Shown here piece after piece: positions 1 to 9,176 of a DNA stretch of 26,188 nt. Both the position numbers and the translations under genes were made by a program. A model generated the notes under the pieces. It was not told the DNA's origin, did no database searches, and saw nothing but the letters and a program-made list of their open reading frames with translations. Each line of letters starts with the position of its first letter. Positions within the stretch are counted from its first letter, which is position 1. The stretch is taken from NCBI GenBank assembly GCA_964510585.1, contig CAZECW010000195.1, positions 1 through 26,188 on the forward strand, read 5' to 3'. The stretch is from an uncultured archaeon (GTDB lineage Archaea; Asgardarchaeota; Jordiarchaeia; Jordiarchaeales; Jordiarchaeaceae).

Positions 1-626
1 TTAAAATAGAAAAATTAGGCTAAAAAGTCAAATCCACCACAAGACCCAAACAAACACCCGACTAACCGCGTAAGTCCTACCGGTATAAAATTTTAGAACA
101 GTTAAGATAAAAACATTAACCGCCGATGAAAAGAATCTGAAATAAACCTCATTTTCGAAAGTATAACTCAGAATGATGCCCACGAGATAAATCATAAGCT
201 ATTTTATTTTTTTGGCTTCTTTAGTGCCTCAATGGAATACTCGGAAACTGTTTTGAACCATTTCATCGTTCTCTATACAAACCACTTCCCACATCCTCTG
301 CAAATTTTTTGATTTTCCCATTTTTCTCAGATACTAAATTGTATTCTGTTATAGTTTCGAAGCTTTGCTAAAAACTATCTGGAAAATCTTCCAAGGCTCC
401 CCACAGAATTGCGAATTACACTGAAAAAAGAAAAATAAACCGAAAGTGCAGAATCGGAGTTAATATTAAATACTCTTTTTTAAACATCAATTTTACAAGT
501 TCCTCTCATTGATCCTCTCATCAATAGATCTCCTTCTTTTTTTGGTACTGGTTCATATCCCTCTGGTCATGCTTCACCTCTACATTCTCCTTAATGTTTA
601 TATTTGGTAAGTGTTTCTGTATTCCT

Positions 627-1316
627 ATGGGTCTCCGGGAAGAATTTTTGGAACTTTTGAAGAGGGACGAAGAATTCAGATATACTGTCCTAGGTTACCT
701 CGGGCTAGAGGAACTAACCCGTAGAATGGACTCCTACCAGTCAACACAAACAAAAATTTGGGAGGAGATTAAGGGGCTTAGGGAGGAACAGAGTAAAATT
801 TGGGAGGAGATTAAGGGGCTTAGGGAAGATTTTAACAAGATGAGGGAAGATTTTAACAAGATGTTGAGTAGAATTGAGTTGTTGGAGAAGGGTCATGTAG
901 ATCTTAGGCAAAGCGTGGAGGGGCTACGGTCTGAACTTTTTGTGGGTTTTGATTCTATGAGAGTGTTTGCTGGGGTTAGCTTAGAGGAGTTTGTGAAAGT
1001 TTGGATGAGTGGTTATCTTAGAGAACGGGGAATTCTTCCGGTAGGGAGTAGTTTAGATAAGGCAGTAGTAGATGGGGAAGAGATAAATCTTTTCAGTGAG
1101 GAACCTTTGATAGTTGGGGAGGTTACTGCCTACGCTGGGAGTGTTGAGGAAATATCCAAGCTTTTGAGAAAGGTTGAAGTTGCAAAGAAGAAATACAAGA
1201 AGGAACCCCGATACCTCTTTCTACGTGTTTTGACGGCTCCAAGTAACGTGGCCAAGGAAATGAAAAGGATGGCAAAAGTGAAGAACATAGACCTCGTAAT
1301 AGGAAAGGAATCTTAG
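627..1316 (+). CDS. Archaeal coiled-coil protein with C-terminal PD-(D/E)xK-like domain (DUF3782-type architecture)
   Basis: N-terminus MGLREEFLELLKRDEEFRYTVLGYLGL, heptad repeats (KIWEEIKGLREE x2, REDFNKM x2), and C-terminal EEINLF...IVGEVT...KLLRK typical of this archaeal family. Start moved from 594 to ATG 627. Confidence 0.65.
   Translation: MGLREEFLELLKRDEEFRYTVLGYLGLEELTRRMDSYQSTQTKIWEEIKGLREEQSKIWEEIKGLREDFNKMREDFNKMLSRIELLEKGHVDLRQSVEGLRSELFVGFDSMRVFAGVSLEEFVKVWMSGYLRERGILPVGSSLDKAVVDGEEINLFSEEPLIVGEVTAYAGSVEEISKLLRKVEVAKKKYKKEPRYLFLRVLTAPSNVAKEMKRMAKVKNIDLVIGKES
753..863 (+). repeat. Intragenic tandem repeats: 42-bp period (32 nt identical at 753-784 and 795-826), then two exact 21-bp units (822-842, 843-863)
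   Basis: aaaatttgggaggagattaaggggcttaggga occurs twice and agggaagattttaacaagatg occurs twice, read directly from the sequence. Confidence 0.95.
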
Positions 1317-1363
1317 CGCATATCACCAAAAAAGACATCCAATATTTTCCAGTAACTATAATT

Positions 1364-1553
1364 ATATGCTCAACTTGCCAACTAGGTTCCACTGATTAAG
1401 TTTCCCTTTGCACCGACCCTTTTTTTAATTCTTTTCCTATCTTATTTTGCGAGCGTTAGTTATAATTTAGGAATGTAAATTTCTTTTTGTTAGCTTCTCT
1501 AAAGCTTTTGTGATGCGGGTAGCAGAGGGGTGAGCGGTTTAGTTGTTTATTTG
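1364..1553. repeat. Dispersed ~190-bp non-coding direct repeat, copy 1 (copy 2 at 11545-11737)
   Basis: Shared blocks atatgctc, aactaggttccac, ttgcaccgaccctttttttaattcttt, ttagttataatttagg, tctctaaagcttttgtgatgcgg, gaggggtg, ttatttg. About 85-90% identity by manual alignment. Confidence 0.92.
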
Positions 1554-2631
1554 TGGCGCTCCACAAAGGTAATGCGAGCTTTTATTTTTGGTGTACGAGG
1601 AGGTTCTCTATGGCTGTGGGTGAGCTTATGCTTGTGGCGCGTTTTGGGTGGTGTGTTGCGCCCGAACCAACTGATGGCTGTTGCGAGTTGGTGAGGGGTT
1701 GCAAAATAACGATTGTTCAGAAGCTTCCTCCTCTCAAAATTTCCACCACTGGTTCTGGGGGTTGAGGTCGGGGGAGTAGGCTGGTAGAAACCTCAACTCT
1801 ACCCGGGAGGGGTGGTTTTGTAGGAAGTTTTTCACCCTTCTTGGATTTGTGCACCGGCAGATTATCTGTGTAAAGCCATATACTCCCTTTAGAGTACTCT
1901 CTTATTACCCTTCTTAGAAACTTTGTGAAGGCGGGAGCCTTAGCTTCCTTGGCAGCCATCTGGATTATTCTCCCCCCAAAGGGGGGTTCTCAGCCCCGAA
2001 GCAGTTCATCCTCCTCCTGTCAGTCTGAGGGGCTTACCACCAATCTCTCCCAAGTCCACCCGTAACCCTTTTTTGGAGAGCACCCACAGCCGTCTTATCC
2101 TGGAAGGGGACGACTGCGGAGTCCGGTTTGGAAGCCAGATCTTGGAGAAAAAGCTGTGCGAAGTTCTCCATTTTCATCCTCATCCGCCTCCGCGTACTTG
2201 ATTTCCGCCTTGACGTAGCGGGCTCCCATATTTCTAAGGCACCGTCTTATTGTTTCTTGGGAGACAGTTTTTCCATATATTGAGGAGGTATAGGCTTAGT
2301 TCTCGGCAGTCCCAAACCCTTAGCGTTAACCCCATGTATTTTGGGATCATTTTCTTCCACAAGCTTCCTTATCTCCTCTTTATCCTTCTTGTGTAGTTTT
2401 GGGGTTTTCCTTCTTTGGGCTGGTCGGCGATGTTCCTTTCCACCCGCCATCTTTCCTATTCAGCGATAGATAGTAGCTTCATCCGCGCAGAATACCTCCG
2501 CCGCCAAAGAGACTGTGTAGCCTCTGCTTGGGGCGTGTGGAGCCGGGTAGAGTATCTTCTCTCTGGAGTCCTTACACTTCTTCGCTAAAGTCCGTAGGAG
2601 CCCCCTCATCACCTTGAAGAGCCATACTCAC
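1547..2631 (-). pseudogene. Degenerate IS630-family transposase (multiple frameshifts and a stop codon)
   Basis: Joining frames gives an N-terminal HTH (AAEVFCADEATIYR*IG), a second HTH region (VSQETIRRCLRNMGARY), a DDE first motif (VVPFQDK), IWLYTDNLPVHKSK and the IS630 signature RFLPAYSPDLNP. Boundaries approximate. Confidence 0.85.
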
Positions 2632-2812
2632 CACCAAAAATAAATTTTCAGAAGATTTGATTCTTTCCTCCAGTTAGTCGCAAAACTTTTGAGGAACACT
2701 ATATTTACTTGGAGCGACGTTACTCCAAATTAAGTTCAAAAAGGATTTTTCGCGACTTTTAGTAAATCTGATATTTGGGCGGGCTGCACCTTAAAATCTG
2801 GATTTTATGGCT

Positions 2813-4081
2813 CTATGTTAGAGATTTGGAGTGTTTCCAGACCTCCAAGAATTTTTCTCGTAGTTTGGAGACATATTTTTTGTGGGTTGTCCAGAATCCT
2901 GCGTCTAGAGCTGGGGAGTCAGGGAGGTCTTCGAGCATTACTACGGCTGTCCTTGCATCATATATTACCATTCGAGGTAAGGGTTGGTCATCGGCTAGGA
3001 ACAACTTGTTAAAGGTTTCTATTTGGCGAATGTTTATTTTTAGGTCTAGAATCATATCCATTAATTTTGGTTCATAGTAGTTTGGAGGTAAGAGTAGATG
3101 AATTATTTCTCCTGGTATGTTTTCTTCTGTTATAAAATTGAGGAATCTTAGTGCGTATGTGGACAGATATTTAATCGAAAAGAATGCTAGAACCTCACTT
3201 TCCGCGTTTTTTAGAAATTCCGCCATCTTTTTTATTAGGTTTCTCTCCCCTATTAGAGGTTGTATTTGGTACTCTTCCCCAAGCTTCACTTCGGCTAGTC
3301 TAGTTTTTATGTCTAGGGCGTTCTCCCAGAAATAGTTGAAAATTTTGCCCTGCTGAGTGATGAATGTGTGAGAAGTTGTGAAGAATGCGGAGTCCGCTTT
3401 TGATTTCATCTTTCTAACGTCGTCGATTTGAATAAATGTTAAAAGGTGCTTATCATCAACAATCAAGATGTTCTGATCGGGATGAAATCCATGCTTTACA
3501 CGGATTTTTGGATTAATACTCTTCACAATTTCAGAGTTTTTTGGTGTGATCTTTGTGAGAAGCCTCACATAAACCCCGTTCTCACAAATTTCGTTAAAAA
3601 TGTCAGTTAACCCGAAAAGGGAGCAGAGATACAAACCATTCTCATCTGTTAAAAGGTCTACGCGTTTCCTGGCACGCAGAACCATGTCAGCCATCGCGTT
3701 GTAAATGTTCTGACGATGGTGAATCAAACGAAACTCAGGATTCTCAACCTCATAATTTTCAACGCTTGAAAGCAGCTTCTCTAGACTGGGCTTAATTTTC
3801 TCCATCTGAGTTATTTGCTGTCTTTTCATATTAATCAATGAATCTAGGACATTCAATGGATTGACGGCTCTGTATTTTCTGGGCCTTTCAAGAGTTTGGG
3901 TGACAAACCCCTTCTGAATCAGTTCCCTGAGAAGCCTATAAGTCATCTGTCTTGAAAAATCTAAAACGTTACAAATCTCCCTGGCAGACAAGCCACCCTT
4001 CTTTGACCCCAAAATACAAAGGTATAACTCCGCCTCCTTCTCTGTTAAACCACAATTAATTAGAGAATCCAAAATTTCCAA
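2813..4081 (-). CDS. TrmB-family transcriptional regulator (N-terminal wHTH plus two PLD-like effector domains)
   Basis: GLTEKEAELYLCIL...LSAREIC...MTYRLLRELIQKGFV...PRKYRAVNP TrmB HTH, followed by two tandem ~150-aa domains each ending in an 'IxD...F...W' pattern. TTG start. Confidence 0.88.
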   Translation of the reverse strand: MEILDSLINCGLTEKEAELYLCILGSKKGGLSAREICNVLDFSRQMTYRLLRELIQKGFVTQTLERPRKYRAVNPLNVLDSLINMKRQQITQMEKIKPSLEKLLSSVENYEVENPEFRLIHHRQNIYNAMADMVLRARKRVDLLTDENGLYLCSLFGLTDIFNEICENGVYVRLLTKITPKNSEIVKSINPKIRVKHGFHPDQNILIVDDKHLLTFIQIDDVRKMKSKADSAFFTTSHTFITQQGKIFNYFWENALDIKTRLAEVKLGEEYQIQPLIGERNLIKKMAEFLKNAESEVLAFFSIKYLSTYALRFLNFITEENIPGEIIHLLLPPNYYEPKLMDMILDLKINIRQIETFNKLFLADDQPLPRMVIYDARTAVVMLEDLPDSPALDAGFWTTHKKYVSKLREKFLEVWKHSKSLT

Positions 4082-4230
4082 AACAAAAACACCCTTCCTT
4101 TGACAAGCTGTAGAAACATAAATACATAAATTTATAAAGCTTATAGTGGCAACGTCGAGCTAAAACCCAAGAAGCCGACAGTACCCTTAGATTAAAGAGT
4201 TAAACAAATTTTGTCCGAGCTTAGGGATAC

Positions 4231-4258
4231 AAATATTTAACTGATGGTGAGACACCAT
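4231..4258 (+). promoter_or_regulatory. Putative TATA box (aaatatttaa) followed by the perfect palindrome ATGGTG-aga-CACCAT upstream of the CoA-transferase
   Basis: The palindrome at 4244-4258 is read directly. It lies between an AT-rich TATA-like element and the GAGGTGA ribosome-binding site (4270-4276). Operator function is inferred. Confidence 0.4.
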
Positions 4259-4281
4259 TTTAAACATTTGAGGTGAATTGA

Positions 4282-5454
4282 TTGGGGCCACTGGATGGCG
4301 TAAGAATCTTGGATTTTTCGAGGCTTCTGCCTTTCAACTATGCCACGCTGCTCTTAGCTGATATGGGGGCTGAAGTTCTGAAAATAGAGGAGCCAATTCT
4401 GGGAGATTATATGCGTTGGGCTCCCCCCATCCTCAAAAAGGAAAACGCTGTGTTTCTTATGTTGAATAGAAATAAGAAAAGTATGAAGTTGAACCTGAAA
4501 ACAGAGAAAGGTAGGGAAATAGTGCAGAAACTGGTTGAGAAATATGATGTAGTTTTTGAAACATTTAGACCCGGAGTCATGGAAAAACTAGGTCTAGGCT
4601 ATAATGAGCTGAAAAAGATTAATCCAAAAATAATATACTGTTCAACTACAGGCTATGGACAGGATGGCCCCTATATTGACAAACCTGGACACGACATAAA
4701 TTACATAAGTGTAGCGGGAATTCTAGGGGTTACAGGCAGACATACAGGAGCACCAGTAATTCCAGGTATACCAATAGCCGATATGAGTTCAGGTGTTTTT
4801 TCTGCTCTAGCAATTGTATCAGCACTGTTAGCCAGAGAGAGAACGGGAAAGGGACAATACATAGATGTGTCAATGACCGACGCAGTGCTAACATTCAACG
4901 TCTTACACATCGGAACCTACATATCTGGATATAGTTTAGGTGAAGAGGGAACACTCAGCACACTGGGCGAATCCGCATACTATAATGTCTACGAAACCAA
5001 AGACAAAGAGTTCATCGCTTTTGGAAACATTGAGGGGAAGTTTTGGGCAAACTTCTGCAAAATAATTGGTAGAGAGGATTTAATTAGCAAGCAATTTGTA
5101 TCAAAAAGCGAGGAAAAGAAAATACTATCAGAAGTAAGGGAAATTATGCGCACAAAAACTAGAGACGAGTGGCTAAAACTAATGGAAGGTCAAGATATCT
5201 GCGTAACACCCGTTTACTCCATTGGGGAAGTAATTCAAGACCCCCAACTCAGACACCGCAAAATGTTCATTGAAGTAGAACACCCAGTTGAAGGCAAAAC
5301 ACTACACGTAGCCTTCCCCCTAAAATTCTCCGAAACCCCAGCCACCATTAGAACACCCGCACCACTATTCGGACAACACACGAACGAAGTACTAAAAGAA
5401 CTAGGATACAACGAAGAAGAAATAGAGAACCTAGAGAAGGAAGGAGTAATCTAA
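4282..5454 (+). CDS. CaiB/BaiF (family III) CoA-transferase, alpha-methylacyl-CoA racemase-like subgroup
   Basis: LDGVRILDFSR, GAEVLKIE, NRNKKS, FRPGVMEKLGL, GHDINY, PIADMSSG and C-terminal PAPLFGQHTNEVLKELG. TTG start with GAGGTGA RBS. Confidence 0.93.
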   Translation: MGPLDGVRILDFSRLLPFNYATLLLADMGAEVLKIEEPILGDYMRWAPPILKKENAVFLMLNRNKKSMKLNLKTEKGREIVQKLVEKYDVVFETFRPGVMEKLGLGYNELKKINPKIIYCSTTGYGQDGPYIDKPGHDINYISVAGILGVTGRHTGAPVIPGIPIADMSSGVFSALAIVSALLARERTGKGQYIDVSMTDAVLTFNVLHIGTYISGYSLGEEGTLSTLGESAYYNVYETKDKEFIAFGNIEGKFWANFCKIIGREDLISKQFVSKSEEKKILSEVREIMRTKTRDEWLKLMEGQDICVTPVYSIGEVIQDPQLRHRKMFIEVEHPVEGKTLHVAFPLKFSETPATIRTPAPLFGQHTNEVLKELGYNEEEIENLEKEGVI

Positions 5455-5514
5455 CCACATTTAAACTATTTCCATGATTCAAAATAGAAAAAGAATGTTA
5501 AAAATCTATATTTT

Positions 5515-6849
5515 TTAGCCCTTTGTTAGGTCCACGAATTTGGCGATCTTGTGTGGGACCGGCCTGGGTATCTCTTCTTCCTTTACCCAGTTAATCTCGA
5601 CATTTACTCCTAGTTCTCTCTCCATCTCCTTTTTCAGTTCTGCCTTCAACTTGTCGGGGTCCTTGGTTACCGCAGGGTCATAGGCTACATTAACCCTCAA
5701 TCTATCCATAGTAGATGAGTATTTAACTAGGCTGAACATTGCCTTAATGGTTTCAGGATGTTTCTGAAGTATAACCTCCACATCGAATGGGATGAAAGTC
5801 CTATCCTTAACCTTTATTCGCCATCCAGTTCTTGCGAGAATACGTCCATAGGAATGCGTTATTCCCCGTTCACATGGTTCGGTGTACAATTCAAGGAAGT
5901 CCTCTGTGCTAAATCTAATGTAGGGCAACCCCTTAACCCTCAAATTTGTCGCCACAAGCTCACCCCGCTCACCGGGGGCGACAGTCTCATGCGTATCCGG
6001 ATCAAGAATCTCTGGAAGACCCATGTCCTCCCAAATATGACCAGTTACATGCTCCCTACATATTTCAACAGGCCAACACCAAGACTCCCCAGCACCTCCA
6101 GCATCCATAATTCTTACATTAGGCCAATTCTTTTTGACATTTTCACGAGCCACAGGAGAAAGAGGCTCACCCATAGACACAGCAAACTTCACACATGAGA
6201 GAATCTCGCTGGGTTCGTAGCCCAACTGCTTCAAGGCAAGTGGAAGGAAGGAGGCAAAAACCTCTGTTGTAATAGCAGATATGCCCTCAGGCTGATGAAT
6301 AATCATCCACTTCGCCCACCTGTCCACGAATAGTGGGTGTGGAAAATCGAAGCCAAAAGTTTTAAGTCCCAACCTATAACAAGCATTAACCACAGAAGGC
6401 ATCACCCAGTGCCAATTGATGGCTGCGCTGAAGACCTTCATCCCTGGTCTGAATCCTCCGTCCCAGAGGTTTCGGCACATTATTTCTGTGCCCAAGTAGA
6501 TGTCGTTTCTTGTGGCGGCTCCTAGGGTGGGCATTCCGGTGGTGCCTGAGGAAGTCCATAAGTTTATTAGTTCTTCTCTTGGAACGCAGCACAATCCTGA
6601 GAATGGGTCTCCAGTTCTTCTCTGTTCTTCTCTTAGGTGGTCTTTGTTGTAGATTGGGATTTTTTGTTTGAAGTCGTCTAGGGTTTTTATGTCTTCGGGT
6701 TTTACGTTTGCTTCTTTGTAGAGTTTGTGATGCCACGAGGAGTTTGCATAAACGTAGTTTATTTGTGATTTTATGAATTTGAATTGCAGCTCCTTCAACT
6801 CATCCCGAGGCATAGTTTCTATCCTGGGGTTCCATAATTCATGGCTCAT
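5515..6849 (-). CDS. paaK: Phenylacetate-CoA ligase family (PaaK-type) acyl-CoA ligase, full length
   Basis: LWNPRIETMPRDELKELQ N-terminal microdomain, P-loop TSSGTTGMPT, GEPLS, GERGELVATNL, PYIRFSTED and an intact C-terminal domain. Start moved from 6897 to ATG 6849. Substrate unknown. Confidence 0.88.
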   Translation of the reverse strand: MSHELWNPRIETMPRDELKELQFKFIKSQINYVYANSSWHHKLYKEANVKPEDIKTLDDFKQKIPIYNKDHLREEQRRTGDPFSGLCCVPREELINLWTSSGTTGMPTLGAATRNDIYLGTEIMCRNLWDGGFRPGMKVFSAAINWHWVMPSVVNACYRLGLKTFGFDFPHPLFVDRWAKWMIIHQPEGISAITTEVFASFLPLALKQLGYEPSEILSCVKFAVSMGEPLSPVARENVKKNWPNVRIMDAGGAGESWCWPVEICREHVTGHIWEDMGLPEILDPDTHETVAPGERGELVATNLRVKGLPYIRFSTEDFLELYTEPCERGITHSYGRILARTGWRIKVKDRTFIPFDVEVILQKHPETIKAMFSLVKYSSTMDRLRVNVAYDPAVTKDPDKLKAELKKEMERELGVNVEINWVKEEEIPRPVPHKIAKFVDLTKG

Positions 6850-6860
6850 CTTTTCCACCT

Positions 6861-7883
6861 CTATTGTGGTTTTAGCCTGGAGTGTGTGCGTCCACAATCG
6901 CAGGGTGACCTATCTATTTTCGCCGTTACGTTAGTTAGGTATCGGATCATAGGGGTTCCTTTTGCGAATAGGTTTGTGATTGCGAGTTTACCTGCTTCAC
7001 CTTCTCTGACCTTTTCACCTGTTGTTTCGTCTACTATTTCTGCTATGAAGGCGTCCTCCCAAATGTGTAGACCTTTATGTTTATCACAATCCATTGCGTA
7101 AAACATATTGTCTTGCACCTCTAGCATGTTGTGCACTTTGGCCTTCCACTTATCACTTATTTCTTTGATTTCCTTCTCGCTAAGAATTCTTTGCTCCTTC
7201 AGTATTATGGTTTTGTATCCAATCTCTTCTGGTGATATTTTGTTCTGTTGACACACTGCAGCTAGCTGCCTTAGGTGGCCTGTGTCTGCTATGATTAGTG
7301 AGGGTTTGAGGAGCCTTGCAGTGGAGAAGGTTCTTGGGGCTTCTAGTGGAATTATTTCAAGAGTTATTGGAATAATGCCCAGTATTTCACTTACGCTAGG
7401 GCTTGTTAGAAGGATCGCAGCCATATATAGGCGGTTGAATGGTTCCCAGGCCCAGCATAGTGATTGAATAGTATCTCCAGAGTAGACTCCAGCCATTATT
7501 AGTTTTCTTGCAAGGTGTTGAATTATGGTGTTTCGGTCAGAGTCAGTTATTCCAGTTATTAGAGGATTTTCGGGCATTGGATGCTGATTTGGTCCGTATA
7601 CCGCTAGGAGTTCGCTTTCTGGAACGCAGAGTCTGCCGGAGTATTCGTCTCTGGTTTCCTTCATTTCTGCTTGTAAGTCCACAGTTTTTGTGAGTGGCAG
7701 TTTTTCCAGATCGTCAATGTTTTTTATGTCGTCCAGTTTTACACCTGACTTTTTGTATAGTTTCTGGTAAAAGGGCGCTCTTTGGTAGACATATTTTAGT
7801 TGTTTTTTTAGGAGTTCCATTTGCATTTCTTCTAACTGTTCCCTTTCCATAGATTCTATTTGCGGACTCCAAAGCCTACTCAA
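6861..7883 (-). CDS. Truncated PaaK-like paralogue lacking the P-loop and C-terminal domain (probable pseudo-enzyme)
   Basis: LWSPQIESMEREQLEEMQ, APFYQKLY, DLEKLPLT, GLHIWED.FIAEIVD, GKLAITNL..KGTPMIRY, CDCGRTH match PaaK. SSGTTG is replaced by GPNQHP and the protein ends at 340 aa. Confidence 0.82.
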   Translation of the reverse strand: MSRLWSPQIESMEREQLEEMQMELLKKQLKYVYQRAPFYQKLYKKSGVKLDDIKNIDDLEKLPLTKTVDLQAEMKETRDEYSGRLCVPESELLAVYGPNQHPMPENPLITGITDSDRNTIIQHLARKLIMAGVYSGDTIQSLCWAWEPFNRLYMAAILLTSPSVSEILGIIPITLEIIPLEAPRTFSTARLLKPSLIIADTGHLRQLAAVCQQNKISPEEIGYKTIILKEQRILSEKEIKEISDKWKAKVHNMLEVQDNMFYAMDCDKHKGLHIWEDAFIAEIVDETTGEKVREGEAGKLAITNLFAKGTPMIRYLTNVTAKIDRSPCDCGRTHSRLKPQ

Positions 7884-8159
7884 AAATTTCTCCCTCCAAT
7901 TTGGTATTGATTCATAAATTTTGTCAATTTAAATGTTTGTATAGAAATTTTAAAACATACAATTCTATATCCGCTGGTTTAGTTACATCGTAAAATAAAA
8001 AGTAGGACAGATGGATTCAGCCTAAAAAAGCATTATCTCCCCAACTGTTAAGAAAGGAAAATAAAACCATATATACACCTTCGTGATGTTGTAATGGAAA
8101 AAGGTCTAACATCTCAGAATTTAAAAAAGGGTTGATAATAAGGCAATCCCAGTTATCGG

Positions 8160-8894
8160 GTGGTGAGTGTTTTGGATGTGTTTGAAGCTATTTACACTAG
8201 GAGGAGTATGAGATACTTTAAGGAAGGTGAAAAAATTCCGGACTGGAAGCTTGAGCGAATACTTGACGTGGCCCGGTGGGCTCCATCAGGAGAAAACATG
8301 CAGTACTGGAAATACATAGTTATCCGCGACCAAGAAGTTAAGAGGTGGATAGCGGACATCTCCGAAGAAACTGCAATAATGGTTATGGGCAGGGATCCAT
8401 GGAGTGTTACTCAGGACAGGCAATGGTTTATGCCTGAAGAACTGAGACCCTACGCGTTTCAGGGCTTCACCAAGGTATTAAGATATCCAGAGACTGCCGA
8501 TGTTGTTCTCATTCCTTGTATCACTCCCGCGGATACCGACTATCCCACAGGCATGGGTGAGGCGTCGTATCATCCCTATGTGGGAATTGGTGCAGGGATC
8601 CAGAACATTTGGTTGGCAGCCACAGCGCTCGGCGTAGGTTGCGGCTTTAATGCAGTCGCAGTTGCGGATACAAGAAGGAGTGAAGAACTCTTCGACTATC
8701 TTGGAATTCCTAGAAGTGTTAAGCCTATTACTGCCCTCTGCCTTGGAGTGCCAGCATTCCTCAGAGCCGCAGCACCTTCAAGATATCCCTTGGAGGGAAT
8801 AATGTACGAGGAAGTCTGGGGTAATCCCTACCGCAGATTGGATTACCGAGAGAAAAGAACTGAGAGAGTTACTTCGATGGTTTCCAGCACTTAG
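8160..8894 (+). CDS. Nitroreductase (FMN-binding) family protein
   Basis: AIYTRRSMRYF, WAPSGENMQYWKYIVI, GIQNIWLAATALGVGCGF and ALCLGVP are nitroreductase motifs. Confidence 0.92.
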   Translation: MVSVLDVFEAIYTRRSMRYFKEGEKIPDWKLERILDVARWAPSGENMQYWKYIVIRDQEVKRWIADISEETAIMVMGRDPWSVTQDRQWFMPEELRPYAFQGFTKVLRYPETADVVLIPCITPADTDYPTGMGEASYHPYVGIGAGIQNIWLAATALGVGCGFNAVAVADTRRSEELFDYLGIPRSVKPITALCLGVPAFLRAAAPSRYPLEGIMYEEVWGNPYRRLDYREKRTERVTSMVSST

Positions 8895-8909
8895 AGGGGG
8901 ATTAAAATA

Positions 8910-9176
8910 TTGAGTGAAAATGTTGTTTCTGTGAAGCTTCCCAGAGATATATTTGAGTCTTGGAAGGCTATGGCTGAGAAACATGGCTGGGATGTTTCCA
9001 AACTTCTGAGTTTTGTGCTAACCCAGTTCGTCATTCAGGATGGTTCGATATGGAGTGGAACGTGGAAAAGTAAGGGTGTAGACTTGGGTAGGAAGGTAAT
9101 TATTGAGTGGCCCACCTTTCCTTCCACAATAACTAAAGCCGAGATAATGAACGTAAGGTTTGAGGAGATGAGGTAA
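8910..9176 (+). CDS. Small protein with N-terminal ribbon-helix-helix (CopG-like) domain
   Basis: VVSVKLPRDIFESWKAMAEKHGWDVSKLLSFVLTQFV fits the beta-strand/helix/G-turn/helix RHH pattern. In operon context between the nitroreductase and SCP2. Confidence 0.65.
   Translation: MSENVVSVKLPRDIFESWKAMAEKHGWDVSKLLSFVLTQFVIQDGSIWSGTWKSKGVDLGRKVIIEWPTFPSTITKAEIMNVRFEEMR

Noticed and set aside
1-593. Short minus-strand peptide-like fragments (e.g. FETITEYNLVSEKNGKIKKFAEDV, PVPKKEGDLLMRGSMRG)
   Set aside because: Possibly a decayed gene, but broken by stops and not assignable to a family by eye.
753-863. Tandem repeats as a possible CRISPR array
   Set aside because: They are in-frame coding heptads without unique spacers, and no cas genes are present.
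1408-1420. GCACCGAC / GTCGGTGC in the dispersed repeat resembling the 3' end of Cas9 tracrRNA
   Set aside because: Only an 8-nt match, with no complementary arm, anti-repeat or Cas9/IscB gene in the window.
4206-7926. Shared 10-mer AAATTTTGTC in the trmB/caiB and paaK/nitroreductase intergenic regions as a common operator
   Set aside because: Low-complexity AT-rich word, non-palindromic and plausible by chance.
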